64,000 bases of DNA from Planctomycetota bacterium (GTDB lineage Bacteria; Planctomycetota; UBA8108; SXIK01), in the NCBI GenBank assembly GCA_965223265.1, contig OZ244999.1, forward strand, positions 576,001 to 640,000, read 5' to 3'. The notes below the pieces were generated by a model. It made no database searches. It was not told where the DNA came from and saw nothing but the letters and a program-made list of their open reading frames with translations. The position numbers and the translations under genes are program-made. Shown piece after piece: positions 41,305 to 50,535 of the stretch. How positions within the stretch are numbered: the first letter of the stretch is position 1; each line of letters begins with the position of its first letter.

Positions 41305-42927
41305 TCAGGGTTCAGCCGCGTAGACCTGCCGCTTGGCCAGCGGCAAGTCGTAGCGATAGAACTTGACCTCGCCAGGCGGCGCCGCGGCCAGCCGCGTCAG
41401 TGCCGCATCGACTTGCGCTGCAGGGCGTCCCTGTTCCATCCAGATTGCCGCGAGCTGCGAGCTCGCCGCGCGGTCCCATACCGCCGAGGTCTTTTCAGTC
41501 AGCAGCCGCTGGAACGTGGCCTCAGCAGCTCCCGAATCACCCTCCAGGTGCTCAATCACGCCGAGAGCGAAGAGCGAGTTGTTGCTAGCGCCGTCGCTTG
41601 CGTCGTAATCCGCGACGACGAGATCGGCGAACGCTCGAGCTTCATCGAGTCGCAGCTGACGAAAGAAACCGCCCATGTGGAGGTCGAGGATCGAGCGGCG
41701 GCGCGCTGGTGTGATCGTTGCAACAATCGCCGCGTCGTCGACAAAGCCGCTGTCGACCAGAAAACCTGTGACCCAGAGCGTGCGCCCGTGAATCCGGCCT
41801 GGACCGCCGCGCACCGCGTAGACGAGTCGCATGAGCTTCTTCGCGACGTAGTAGGGACGGTCGCGATTCAGCCGCCAAAAGTCGCTCATGGCTGCGACTG
41901 CGGCGCTCTCGTCAACGCCCTCGAACACTTTGGCCGCGGCGAGATAGTAGGGGATGTTTCGCTTCTCGTTGTAGGCAAAGGCGTCGGTCAGACTGGCGTA
42001 CTTCGGATAGGTGTTCTCCTGCCGCCGGTCGGAGTTGTAGCCGTCGTCTGCGGCGTACACGTTCAAATGGTAGCCGTCGTATGTCGGCGAGGTGTCAGCG
42101 AGCGTGGGGTCTTCCAGCGCAGCGTCCACCGCCGAGAGACGCTCCACCGCGTCGCTGTATTTCCCCGCCGCCAAGTAGCACAGTGCCTCACCGATCTGGC
42201 GGTGATGCGGCAGCCCAGGCGCCTCGGCGAGTTGAGGAACGATCTTCAGGGGCAGTACTTCGCCGCGGCGACGCTTCGGCCACAGACCGTCCAGACGTAA
42301 GATCCGGATGTAGTCCCCCGCGCCAGCGTAGACTCTGCCACTCGCATCGGAGACAGCGCGGTTGAAAAGCTCCGCTGAGAGGCGCTCTGGTTCATTCTCA
42401 CGCAGCGACTCGAAGTAGGCGTCCCAGGGATCGCGCCGATTGTCTGCGGTCCAGCCCTTCTCCGCGCCGTCGCGAAAGAGGGCCTCCGCCTCAGCTGCGC
42501 GGCCGAGTCGGTGCAGCAGCTTGGCGCGAATGTAGAAGGCGTCTTGGTGCGCGGCGCTCCCTTCGCTCTGCGAGGCGAGATAGCTCTCGACGGTTGCCAG
42601 TGCGACGGCGTCGCGCTCGGATTGAACGATGCCTTCGGGAGCTTCCCCAAGAAGATCGCGGCACGCCCGAACAGCGACGTCGTATGCGGGAGAGTCGTTC
42701 AGCACGCGCACGGCGAGGTCGAAGCGCTCGGCATACGGAACCGAGCTGGCCACCGCTGCATATTCAGCAGCCGTAGCTGGCGTCGGCGCACCGGCTTCAG
42801 CAGGCGCGGGATCCTCGGGATTCTCCTGCGAGGAGACCTCCGGCAACGCCTGCCAGACCACGAGGACCGTCACCGCCACGGCGACGACGAAGACCGCTAC
42901 AAAGCCCAAAAGCCGCGAAATAGGCAT
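41305..42927 (-). CDS. Membrane-anchored or exported TPR-like protein upstream of rhs
   Basis: N-terminal TM helix; AFYIRAKLLHRLGRAAEAEALF and SLFALGVIEHLEGDSGAAEATFQRL. Confidence 0.75.
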   Translation of the reverse strand: MPISRLLGFVAVFVVAVAVTVLVVWQALPEVSSQENPEDPAPAEAGAPTPATAAEYAAVASSVPYAERFDLAVRVLNDSPAYDVAVRACRDLLGEAPEGIVQSERDAVALATVESYLASQSEGSAAHQDAFYIRAKLLHRLGRAAEAEALFRDGAEKGWTADNRRDPWDAYFESLRENEPERLSAELFNRAVSDASGRVYAGAGDYIRILRLDGLWPKRRRGEVLPLKIVPQLAEAPGLPHHRQIGEALCYLAAGKYSDAVERLSAVDAALEDPTLADTSPTYDGYHLNVYAADDGYNSDRRQENTYPKYASLTDAFAYNEKRNIPYYLAAAKVFEGVDESAAVAAMSDFWRLNRDRPYYVAKKLMRLVYAVRGGPGRIHGRTLWVTGFLVDSGFVDDAAIVATITPARRRSILDLHMGGFFRQLRLDEARAFADLVVADYDASDGASNNSLFALGVIEHLEGDSGAAEATFQRLLTEKTSAVWDRAASSQLAAIWMEQGRPAAQVDAALTRLAAAPPGEVKFYRYDLPLAKRQVYAAEP

Positions 42928-43295
42928 AGAATCCTCCCGCACCTCCGAAGAGGCTCTTTTTTTGAAGCTCCGCGCGGGTGCTTCCTGCGCGGGCCTGAAT
43001 GACTGCCGTGTTTTTTCGCTTTGGCGCAGCCGCTTGTGACTGCTTGTGGCCGCTCATGCGCCTAGCGAGTTACCGCTCGACGAGCGAGCTACGACGTGTT
43101 GTCAGCTACTTTCGAACCGGGCATGTGATCGCCTTTCCCTCTCCCGCCGATGGTTTGGTTTTCCGTGGGTTCCTTGAGACGTCGTTGACGCATGAGTTTC
43201 GGATCGATGCAGATTCTCTTACAGGCGTGAAGTTCCCTGGCATCTCCACCGCGCTCTCGCGCAGAGTCGCTGTTAGCCTGTCAACATCACGCGTC

Positions 43296-43600
43296 TACCT
43301 TACTAAGGTACGTTTTTTTGAATGTGCTAGAAGGTTTTTGTTCTTTTTCGCAGAATTCCAAAGATGGGATAGAGTCCTCCTCGAGTTCTGACATTGAGGC
43401 CTCGATGCGCTCTCAGAAACTTCGAGTCCCTACCTTACTAAGGTACGTTTTTTCGAATGTGCTAGAGGGTTTTCGAACTTTTTTTGAGAACCCCCACGAC
43501 GAAGCTTCAAGCTTCCACTCTCGCCGTCGGTGGAGTCTTCCTTTCCGACCTCGCTTACCTCTAGAAGGTAAGGTTTTTCCGATGTGCTAGAAGGTTTTTC
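43296..43600 (-). promoter_or_regulatory. Three ~45-bp direct repeats with a palindromic TACCT-N5-AGGTA core upstream of the rhs operon
   Basis: TACCTTACTAAGGTACGTTTTTT.GAATGTGCTAGA.GGTTTT at 43296 and 43431; variant at 43556. Confidence 0.6.
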
Positions 43601-43848
43601 GCACTTTTGTCCGGCTGCGTTGCGAATGTGTGGCCCACGGAGTTCCGCCGGCTCTTGCGTCAGCGGAGCGAATGGCGAAACTTGGCAGCGCGATTGAGCG
43701 AGGTGGCTCGAGTGCACTTCGAGCACATCGACACGGGCGCTGAGCGTGTCGCTGGCGAGGGCGACACGCCACGACTGCAAGGAACTGGCCCGAGAGAGAT
43801 CCGAGCTTCCTCGACGACACCGAGAACGGAGAGCTCCGAACCGAGACT

Positions 43849-44574
43849 CTACGCCCCAGCGCTGATCGGCGCTCCTTGGGTCTCGACTTCCTTGACGCCT
43901 GGGACGTCAGCGAGTGGGCGCAAGATCGCACGGTGCTCACGATGTTTGACGCAAATGCGCACGCTCACCTGTTTGAGCCCGGCGGCGCTGTCATCGAGGT
44001 CCTCGACGAAATGGTCTGGGATGCGGAAGCTGTCGAGGAGGTCCTGCAGGTAGATGCGCGTCTTGCCGCCGCCTGCCTCGTAGCGAATGACCAGGCGCTG
44101 ATAGCCGCACGAGCCGATGGCGATCCAATCGAGCTTGTCGACGACCGTGAGCGTCAAGTAGATCACCAGCGTCAGCGCGACTCCGGCCACCACCAGACCA
44201 CCGCCGATCATCATGCCGACCGCGGCGACAGCCCAGATCGTTGCGCCTGTCGTCAGACCGATGACACTGCCGCGGCCGCGAATGATGGCTCCGGCACCGA
44301 GGAAACCGATTCCTGGGATGATCTGTGCCGCGATGCGCGCCGGGTCCGAAATCGGTTTGTTCGCCATGAAGATCGAGGTCATGGTGAAGATCGTCGAGCC
44401 GACGCAGATGAGGATCAGCGTGCGCAGACCGGCCGGTTTTTCACGGCGTTCCCGGTCGAGACCGACAACTGCGCCGCAGAGCACCGAGGCGGCGACGCAG
44501 ACGAAACCCATGATGGGAAGTGATACGTTCGGCAGCTCGTAGAGGTTCCCCAGCCATGGGAATCGATCGAGCAT
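43849..44574 (-). CDS. MgtC/SapB family membrane protein
   Basis: GLDRERREKPAGLRT, DPARIAAQIIPGIGFLGAG, GLTTGATIW. Confidence 0.92.
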   Translation of the reverse strand: MLDRFPWLGNLYELPNVSLPIMGFVCVAASVLCGAVVGLDRERREKPAGLRTLILICVGSTIFTMTSIFMANKPISDPARIAAQIIPGIGFLGAGAIIRGRGSVIGLTTGATIWAVAAVGMMIGGGLVVAGVALTLVIYLTLTVVDKLDWIAIGSCGYQRLVIRYEAGGGKTRIYLQDLLDSFRIPDHFVEDLDDSAAGLKQVSVRICVKHREHRAILRPLADVPGVKEVETQGAPISAGA

Positions 44575-44664
44575 GTGGGCCGGCTCCTGTCGTCTGGGTG
44601 ATGGATCGAGCGTTTGTTGTGCTGATGCTCTTTCTCTATTGTTCGTCTTCGATGGCCACGGTCT

Positions 44665-45276
44665 TCACTCTCGGTCTCGCTGAGCGGACCCTTGCCTGCG
44701 ATCGGCGGAGATCGTGTTCGTGCGGTCGTCCGTCCACTGTTCCATGGCGTCAAGGAGCTCGGCCGACCCAGGCGCATCTAGAATCAGCCGGCGATTCTCG
44801 GTGGTCACGAATCCCTCTTCGCAAGCATGTTCCAGAAATGTCAGCAGCGGGTCGTAGTAACCATCGATGTTGAGAAGTCCCACCGGCTGACGATGGATCC
44901 CAAGCTGCAGCCAGGTGATCACCTCGAAGAACTCGTCGAGCGTGCCGAAGCCGCCAGGCATGACGACGAAACCATCCGACATCTCAAACATGCGGTGCTT
45001 GCGCTCGTGCATGGTCGCGACGATGTGCACTTTCGTCAGGCGGCGGTGTCCGACCTCGTGTTCCCAAAGCTCCTGTGTGATCACACCGGTGACGCTGCCG
45101 CCGAGCTCGAGGACGGTGTCGGCAAGAACGCCCATGAGACCGATGCTGCCGCCGCCATAGATGAGCGCCGAGCCGCGGTGTCGAATTTCCTTGCCCAGCT
45201 CCGCCGCGGCTTGTGCATAGTTGGGATTCTCGCCGCGGCTGGAGCCGCAGTAGACGCAGATGTTCGTGAGTGGCAT
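44665..45276 (-). CDS. LOG family phosphoribohydrolase (TIGR00730-like)
   Basis: ICVYCGSS, YGGGSIGLMG, MHERK, PGGFGTLDE. Confidence 0.92.
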   Translation of the reverse strand: MPLTNICVYCGSSRGENPNYAQAAAELGKEIRHRGSALIYGGGSIGLMGVLADTVLELGGSVTGVITQELWEHEVGHRRLTKVHIVATMHERKHRMFEMSDGFVVMPGGFGTLDEFFEVITWLQLGIHRQPVGLLNIDGYYDPLLTFLEHACEEGFVTTENRRLILDAPGSAELLDAMEQWTDDRTNTISADRRQGSAQRDRE

Positions 45277-45396
45277 GCTGTGTAGATAGAGTTTCGACGA
45301 GGTGGTCAATGTCGCTGCGTTAGCCCTGTCGACGAATTGTCCCAGGCTGCCTGAACGCAAAGGGAATCATGATAACGAACCAGTTCTGCGTCGGCC

Positions 45397-46434
45397 ATGT
45401 ATGAATCATTCGACGCCATCATCGCCGCTCCGCCGCTGGCTCGGCAAGAGGGCAACGCGATCGGCGCGTCACGTGAAGGGCGAGCCGTGCGCGCCTTCGT
45501 CTTTGGCAGCGGGCCTCTACGCGTCAGTTTGATCGGCGGCTGCCACGCCGACGAGCCGACAGGGCCGCGTTTCCTTCGTCACCTCGCGTCTTTTCTTAGT
45601 CGCGGCGGCGACGCTGCACCCCTTCTCGAACGCTGTCAGTGGTGGATTGTGCCACATGCCAACCCCGACGGCGACGAGATCAACCGCGCTTGGTATCGCG
45701 ACGACGACGTTGAGTACGACCTCGTCAGCTATCTCCGCAGCGTCGTTCGGGAGCTGCCCGGCGATGACGTCGAGTTCGGTTTTCCACGCGACGCCAGCGA
45801 CACCGACGCGCGACCCGAAAATCGAGCCATCGCAGCGTGGTGGCGCGGGGGTGCTCCGTTTCATCTGCATGCGTCGCTGCACGGCATGGCGTTCGCAGCC
45901 GGTCCGTGGTTCTTGGTCGAGGCAAAGTGGCGCGGTCGACTCAATGCATTTCAAGCGACCTGCAGTGCCGAGACCGCCGTACTCGGCTATGAGCTCCACG
46001 ACGTTGAGCGTCACGGTGAGAAAGGCTTTCATCGCATCGCGAAGGGTTTCTGCACGCGCCCCGATTCGCGCTCGATGCGTGAACATTTCCTGCAGCTCGG
46101 CGACGAGGAGACCGCGGCTCTCTTTCGACCGAGCTCAATGGAGACCATGCGCGCCCTCGGCGGCGATCCGCTGACGCTCGTCTCCGAGATGCCTCTCTTC
46201 ATCACACCCGGGGTAGGTGTCGAGCTTGGCCCCCCGGATCCGGTCGCCGCGGAATGGAAGAAGAAGCTCGAGGCGTGGCGCGCACAGCTCGCGCGCGAGC
46301 GGCCCGCCGAGCGGATCCGCGCCTGCGCCGCGTCGGGATGCCTGCGAGCCATGCCCGTACGCGATCAGATGCAGCTGCAGTGGCGGATGATCACTGCCGG
46401 AATTGAGACGCTTCTATCGTCGGCGGGAGCGTGA
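45397..46434 (+). CDS. M14-family zinc carboxypeptidase-like protein
   Basis: GGCHADEP, VPHANPDG, HASLHG. Confidence 0.8.
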   Translation: MYESFDAIIAAPPLARQEGNAIGASREGRAVRAFVFGSGPLRVSLIGGCHADEPTGPRFLRHLASFLSRGGDAAPLLERCQWWIVPHANPDGDEINRAWYRDDDVEYDLVSYLRSVVRELPGDDVEFGFPRDASDTDARPENRAIAAWWRGGAPFHLHASLHGMAFAAGPWFLVEAKWRGRLNAFQATCSAETAVLGYELHDVERHGEKGFHRIAKGFCTRPDSRSMREHFLQLGDEETAALFRPSSMETMRALGGDPLTLVSEMPLFITPGVGVELGPPDPVAAEWKKKLEAWRAQLARERPAERIRACAASGCLRAMPVRDQMQLQWRMITAGIETLLSSAGA

Positions 46435-46441
46435 GTCAGCG

Positions 46442-49189
46442 TCACTCCATTCGGAGCTGCGATAGAATCGTCGGATCCTTGATGCGCGCGTCGCCCGCGA
46501 GCAGAAGCGCCTTACTCAGGATCTCCGCCAGCTTGCGGTCGCCCTCGAACGGTAGGAAGATCTCTCCCGTCGACGTCCCGCTTTTCGGCGCGCTCATCTT
46601 TGGGATGATGCAAAGGTACTGGTCGTTCGGCTCCATGAGGATGTTCCCTGAGCCGAGGTGGATCTTGTAAGTGCGCACGTCTCCCTTGATCACCAGAAAC
46701 TTCTCCGCGAGCGACGCGCGGTCGGCGATCTTCAGTCGTGGAAGAAGTTTCTCCAAGACTTCGCGCCGCGTTTTGGCTGACGCGCTCAGATCGCCAAACG
46801 AATAGGACATCCAATACTCTTGGTAACGCCCCTCGGTGCCGCCGTCGTACCAGTTTGGGTCGTTGCCAACGCTCGCAACGCCGACGAAGAGATCGACGTC
46901 GCGCATGATCTCAGAGAAGACCAGCGCGGGAACGTCTTCGAGTCGGAGAGGCTCTTCGTCGTCCTCTTCGCTCGCGGGGGTGTAGCCACCGCCGAAGCCA
47001 TGGATTGAACGCTGCTCAGCCGAGGCGGCGTAGAACCTCACCTGATCTGTGGTGAGAAAGAGGTAGGCGCCAGATTCGCTCGTGTCCTCGCCGTAGTTCT
47101 CGCCGATGACCTCGGTCCAGAACTCCGCACGCAATCCCCACTTCTCGAGCGTGCGACGGGTGGGCGGAAACTCGGCGTCGACCATGAGGCGCAGGGAGTC
47201 GCGCCAACCGCGAGCCGCACACAAGGAGTGAAACTGGTACTGCTTGATGACGTGGGCGGCGAAACGGTTCGAATAGATCGCAGTGGCGCGCTCGGCGTCG
47301 GTGAGCACGTAGATCTCGCGATGCGCCTGCTTGAACGGTTGCGTGATCTGATGGCGCTCGAGCCAGTCACGCCACGCGATGACATCCTCGACGCCGGCAG
47401 TGATCGGATGCCACAGCTCGACTTCGACTCGGTTGTCGTGGTCCTTCTGCACGGCACTTTCGCTGACATCGATTCCATCGATTTCTCGATCTGCCGAGTC
47501 GACGACGCGCGTGCCTGAGTCAATCCCGACAAGTTCATGATCCGCCGCGTCGACGAAACAGCCGTTGAGAAAGGCTCCTACGACTGGACGTTCGTCGCGC
47601 CAGAAGCGCCATATGAGCCGCCGCGCTAGCGTGCCGACGACGGGATGGTCGAGGTAACGCTCACGCCATGCCGCTAGAGGCCAGCGCCGCTCATCGAGGA
47701 ACAGCTGCTCCATGCGACCCTGCTGGGCGCTGAGCATACTTCGTAGGTCTTTCGTGGTCGCCCGCAGTTCCTTGAGCTCGTCTGCGAACTCTTCCCGCAC
47801 ACGTTTCGGTACAGACTTCTGCCGTTTCGGCTCGCCGTCCTTACTCTCCGTCAGCCACGTCAGCTGCGTCGTGCTGCTACCTGTGACCGCGAGCTCGGCG
47901 GTGAACGCACCGAGCACCTGGGTCAAGCGGCCGACCTGCTGCAGACCATACGTTGGCACCGCGATTTCTTCGATCTCGTCGGGAGGAATTCCGGTGCGTT
48001 CTGCGGCGGCATCGAGTGACTTCGAGATTCCCTTCTGTGCCGTGCCAAACTTCACCTTGACGCGTAGGCGCGCCAGCTGCGCTACCGCATCCATGCTATT
48101 GATCTGCCCGAGGGCGTAGACGCATGCGTTTCCGAGTTTGACGCAGCGCGGACCGATGCCGGGGATCTTTTTGTAGGCGCTGATTGCGGCGTCTGAGATG
48201 CCGCGCACGACTTCCACACGAGTTTCCGGTGCTACACCGGCGCACCAAACCAGCCCTTTGAGAACATCGACGTTCGGCGAGAGCATGAACTCCGCGGCGG
48301 TCGTTGGCGCTGCGCCGCGCTTCGCGTCGATTTGAGTCAACCACTGCCCGACCTGTGTCGAAAAGTGTTCGATACCGACGGCGACGACAGCTTTGATCGC
48401 AGTTTCTCGCCACTTCTTCGTCGGCTTGCCTCCCGCAGCGGCGCCAGCATGAACCAGAAGAGCCGACCAGTTTGCACGCTCACTGTCGCTGAGTCCGGCG
48501 ACAAGCTCAAGTGCGGCGTCAGCCCAAGGATCTCCAGCGACGAGCGGTAGTCGCACCCCGTGGCCGAGAAGCGTGTCGATTCGTTTGCACAGTTTTCGCA
48601 CTTCCGCGCGCGGCTCAAGTCGTCGAAGTCTCTTGAGGTGGCGATCGAGCAAACGGCGGTGCTTCGGCGTCAGCTCAGAATCCTTGGCGTACTTCTCGCA
48701 CAGCTTCACAATGCTGCTCGGTGGCGTTCCGAGTAGGCAGTACTCTGAGTCGCTCTGCCAGCGCAGGAGGGCCTCGAGGTCCTTGGCTGTCACTTCAAGC
48801 GTTCGCCGCATGACTTCGCGAAAAGCCGCTTCGACTGCGGTGATCAAGCGCCAGTCGGAGAATTCGTACGCTGCGGTTTGTATGCTGCTACCTTCGTCCG
48901 CGTCGGCGAGCATCGCGGATTCCAAATGCAGAAGCCGTCTTGTGAGCGCGATCGCGACGCGCACACGTTCGGCGTCGCGCGTGGCGAGTAGCTTTTTGCC
49001 AGCGCGTGTCGCCCGGACGTTCAGATCCTGATAAGGGGGCGCACTCACCGCCTCTTCGAGGAACTCGCTGATGACGGTATGCTCAGCGACGAACGCATCG
49101 TCCTTTTCGAGTGGAAACTCGTCCGGTCCCACCTTGACGATCTTAGCGCGTTTGAGCTCGCGGCGAAGTTTGTCGACGAAATCGTCCAT
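46442..49189 (-). CDS. DUF4132 domain protein
   Basis: HPVVGTLARRLIW, QPFKQAHREIY, FSEIMRDVDLFVGVAS, YKIHLGSGN. Confidence 0.85.
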   Translation of the reverse strand: MDDFVDKLRRELKRAKIVKVGPDEFPLEKDDAFVAEHTVISEFLEEAVSAPPYQDLNVRATRAGKKLLATRDAERVRVAIALTRRLLHLESAMLADADEGSSIQTAAYEFSDWRLITAVEAAFREVMRRTLEVTAKDLEALLRWQSDSEYCLLGTPPSSIVKLCEKYAKDSELTPKHRRLLDRHLKRLRRLEPRAEVRKLCKRIDTLLGHGVRLPLVAGDPWADAALELVAGLSDSERANWSALLVHAGAAAGGKPTKKWRETAIKAVVAVGIEHFSTQVGQWLTQIDAKRGAAPTTAAEFMLSPNVDVLKGLVWCAGVAPETRVEVVRGISDAAISAYKKIPGIGPRCVKLGNACVYALGQINSMDAVAQLARLRVKVKFGTAQKGISKSLDAAAERTGIPPDEIEEIAVPTYGLQQVGRLTQVLGAFTAELAVTGSSTTQLTWLTESKDGEPKRQKSVPKRVREEFADELKELRATTKDLRSMLSAQQGRMEQLFLDERRWPLAAWRERYLDHPVVGTLARRLIWRFWRDERPVVGAFLNGCFVDAADHELVGIDSGTRVVDSADREIDGIDVSESAVQKDHDNRVEVELWHPITAGVEDVIAWRDWLERHQITQPFKQAHREIYVLTDAERATAIYSNRFAAHVIKQYQFHSLCAARGWRDSLRLMVDAEFPPTRRTLEKWGLRAEFWTEVIGENYGEDTSESGAYLFLTTDQVRFYAASAEQRSIHGFGGGYTPASEEDDEEPLRLEDVPALVFSEIMRDVDLFVGVASVGNDPNWYDGGTEGRYQEYWMSYSFGDLSASAKTRREVLEKLLPRLKIADRASLAEKFLVIKGDVRTYKIHLGSGNILMEPNDQYLCIIPKMSAPKSGTSTGEIFLPFEGDRKLAEILSKALLLAGDARIKDPTILSQLRME

Positions 49190-49219
49190 GAATCGTTCCG
49201 CCCTCGCTCACCAATTGCT

Positions 49220-49615
49220 TTAGCCGCCAACGAGTGGCACCAGACGCAGAAAGGTCACTTCGGTCTGTGGCGTGACGACGAACTCCTCGTCGAGCGACTC
49301 GGCCTGTCGATCCCCGACGAGCACGATCACTCCATTCCCCTCGAACGCCGCGAGTGCCTTCTCGAACTGTTTCTCCCAGTCGAGTTGTCGCGGTTTCTTG
49401 AGACGGTAGCCGTTGAGTTCCTTCTCTGCACCTTCCGGCTGCACGAGGCCGCGAAAGGTGTGCGAGCGTTTCGCGTTGTAGTCCTTCACTTCCTGGTAGA
49501 CACGCGAGCGGATCAGTTCGCGCACTGTGACCTCTTCGGTCAGCAGCTCGAGCATCCACTCCCCAAGACTCTGACCGCTGGTGGTCTCGTCTTTGATGGT
49601 GATCTTGACTGCCAT
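49220..49615 (-). CDS. Small protein with ubiquitin/MoaD-like C-terminal VGG
   Basis: 131 aa ending EVTFLRLVPLVGG; directly upstream of DUF4132. Confidence 0.8.
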   Translation of the reverse strand: MAVKITIKDETTSGQSLGEWMLELLTEEVTVRELIRSRVYQEVKDYNAKRSHTFRGLVQPEGAEKELNGYRLKKPRQLDWEKQFEKALAAFEGNGVIVLVGDRQAESLDEEFVVTPQTEVTFLRLVPLVGG

Positions 49616-49911
49616 GCCATGCATCTCCTCTTGTCCATCCGGTGCCGTGGTCGGTGGTCGCCGAGCTTGACGTTGATCGCGTTCCGCCGTGACGTCTATA
49701 TCGTCAATGCGGTCTCCAGCGCCCCACATTTCTTCACTTCTTAGGGCTCGCTCGTCACGTGTCATCGTACTGTGCGGCTCAGTGGCCAGCAACGACAATG
49801 TGAACGTCTCGACGCGTTCCGGTCCTGACCGCGCTTGCGAATCGTTCGCTCCCGTGCGAGGCTCTTCTGTCGACGGCAGTCAGCCTCGCAGGCATGCGCG
49901 GGAGTTCGAAG

Positions 49912-50535
49912 ATGGACGAGCCTCAAGTCAGACAGCCGACCTACTGGCAACGCACGGATCACATCGTCGGTCCCGCCCATGCGGCGGAGTTCGATCGCAT
50001 CGGACAGCAGGCGACGCGTGCCGCATTCGAGGATTTTATTCTCGAAGCATCTCAGTGCGAAACCGCCCTTCTTGACGCGGGATGCAATACGGGCGTGGAA
50101 GGTTTTCGGCTCTTTCAACGCGGTTTTGTCGGCAGGTACATCGGTGTCGACAGCAACCGCAAGGCGCTCGAGATCGCGCGAACGAACCTAGCCGGCGAGC
50201 GCGCCCAGTTTCTTCTGAGCGACTTGGCGCGACTTGCGCTCGCGCCGCGAGCGTTCGACGTCGTCCTCGTCAAGGACGTGATCGAGCACACCCTCGACTA
50301 CGCCGCGATCCTGACCGAGCTCGCACGCGTCAGCCGCCGCTGGGTTGTTCTGTCGATGTTCATTCGTCCGCGCGCCCGTCGCACCGCCATCAAGCGACAC
50401 CGCGACGGCTACTACTTGAATCGTTACCGCCGCAGCGATCTGCTGGAGGTCATGGACGCGGCCGGATTTCCGGTTTCGCGCTCGCTGTTCGTTCGCAAGG
50501 ACGACGAAGTCTTCGTATTTGAGAGGAATGACTGA
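49912..50535 (+). CDS. Class I SAM-dependent methyltransferase
   Basis: LLDAGCNTG, YIGVD, FDVVLVKDVIEH. Confidence 0.85.
   Translation: MDEPQVRQPTYWQRTDHIVGPAHAAEFDRIGQQATRAAFEDFILEASQCETALLDAGCNTGVEGFRLFQRGFVGRYIGVDSNRKALEIARTNLAGERAQFLLSDLARLALAPRAFDVVLVKDVIEHTLDYAAILTELARVSRRWVVLSMFIRPRARRTAIKRHRDGYYLNRYRRSDLLEVMDAAGFPVSRSLFVRKDDEVFVFERND

Noticed and set aside
35089-42300. Long plus-strand ORFs (e.g. 35089-36684, 39661-40785, 41068-42300)
   Set aside because: Antisense shadows of GC-rich rhs and TPR genes without protein motifs.
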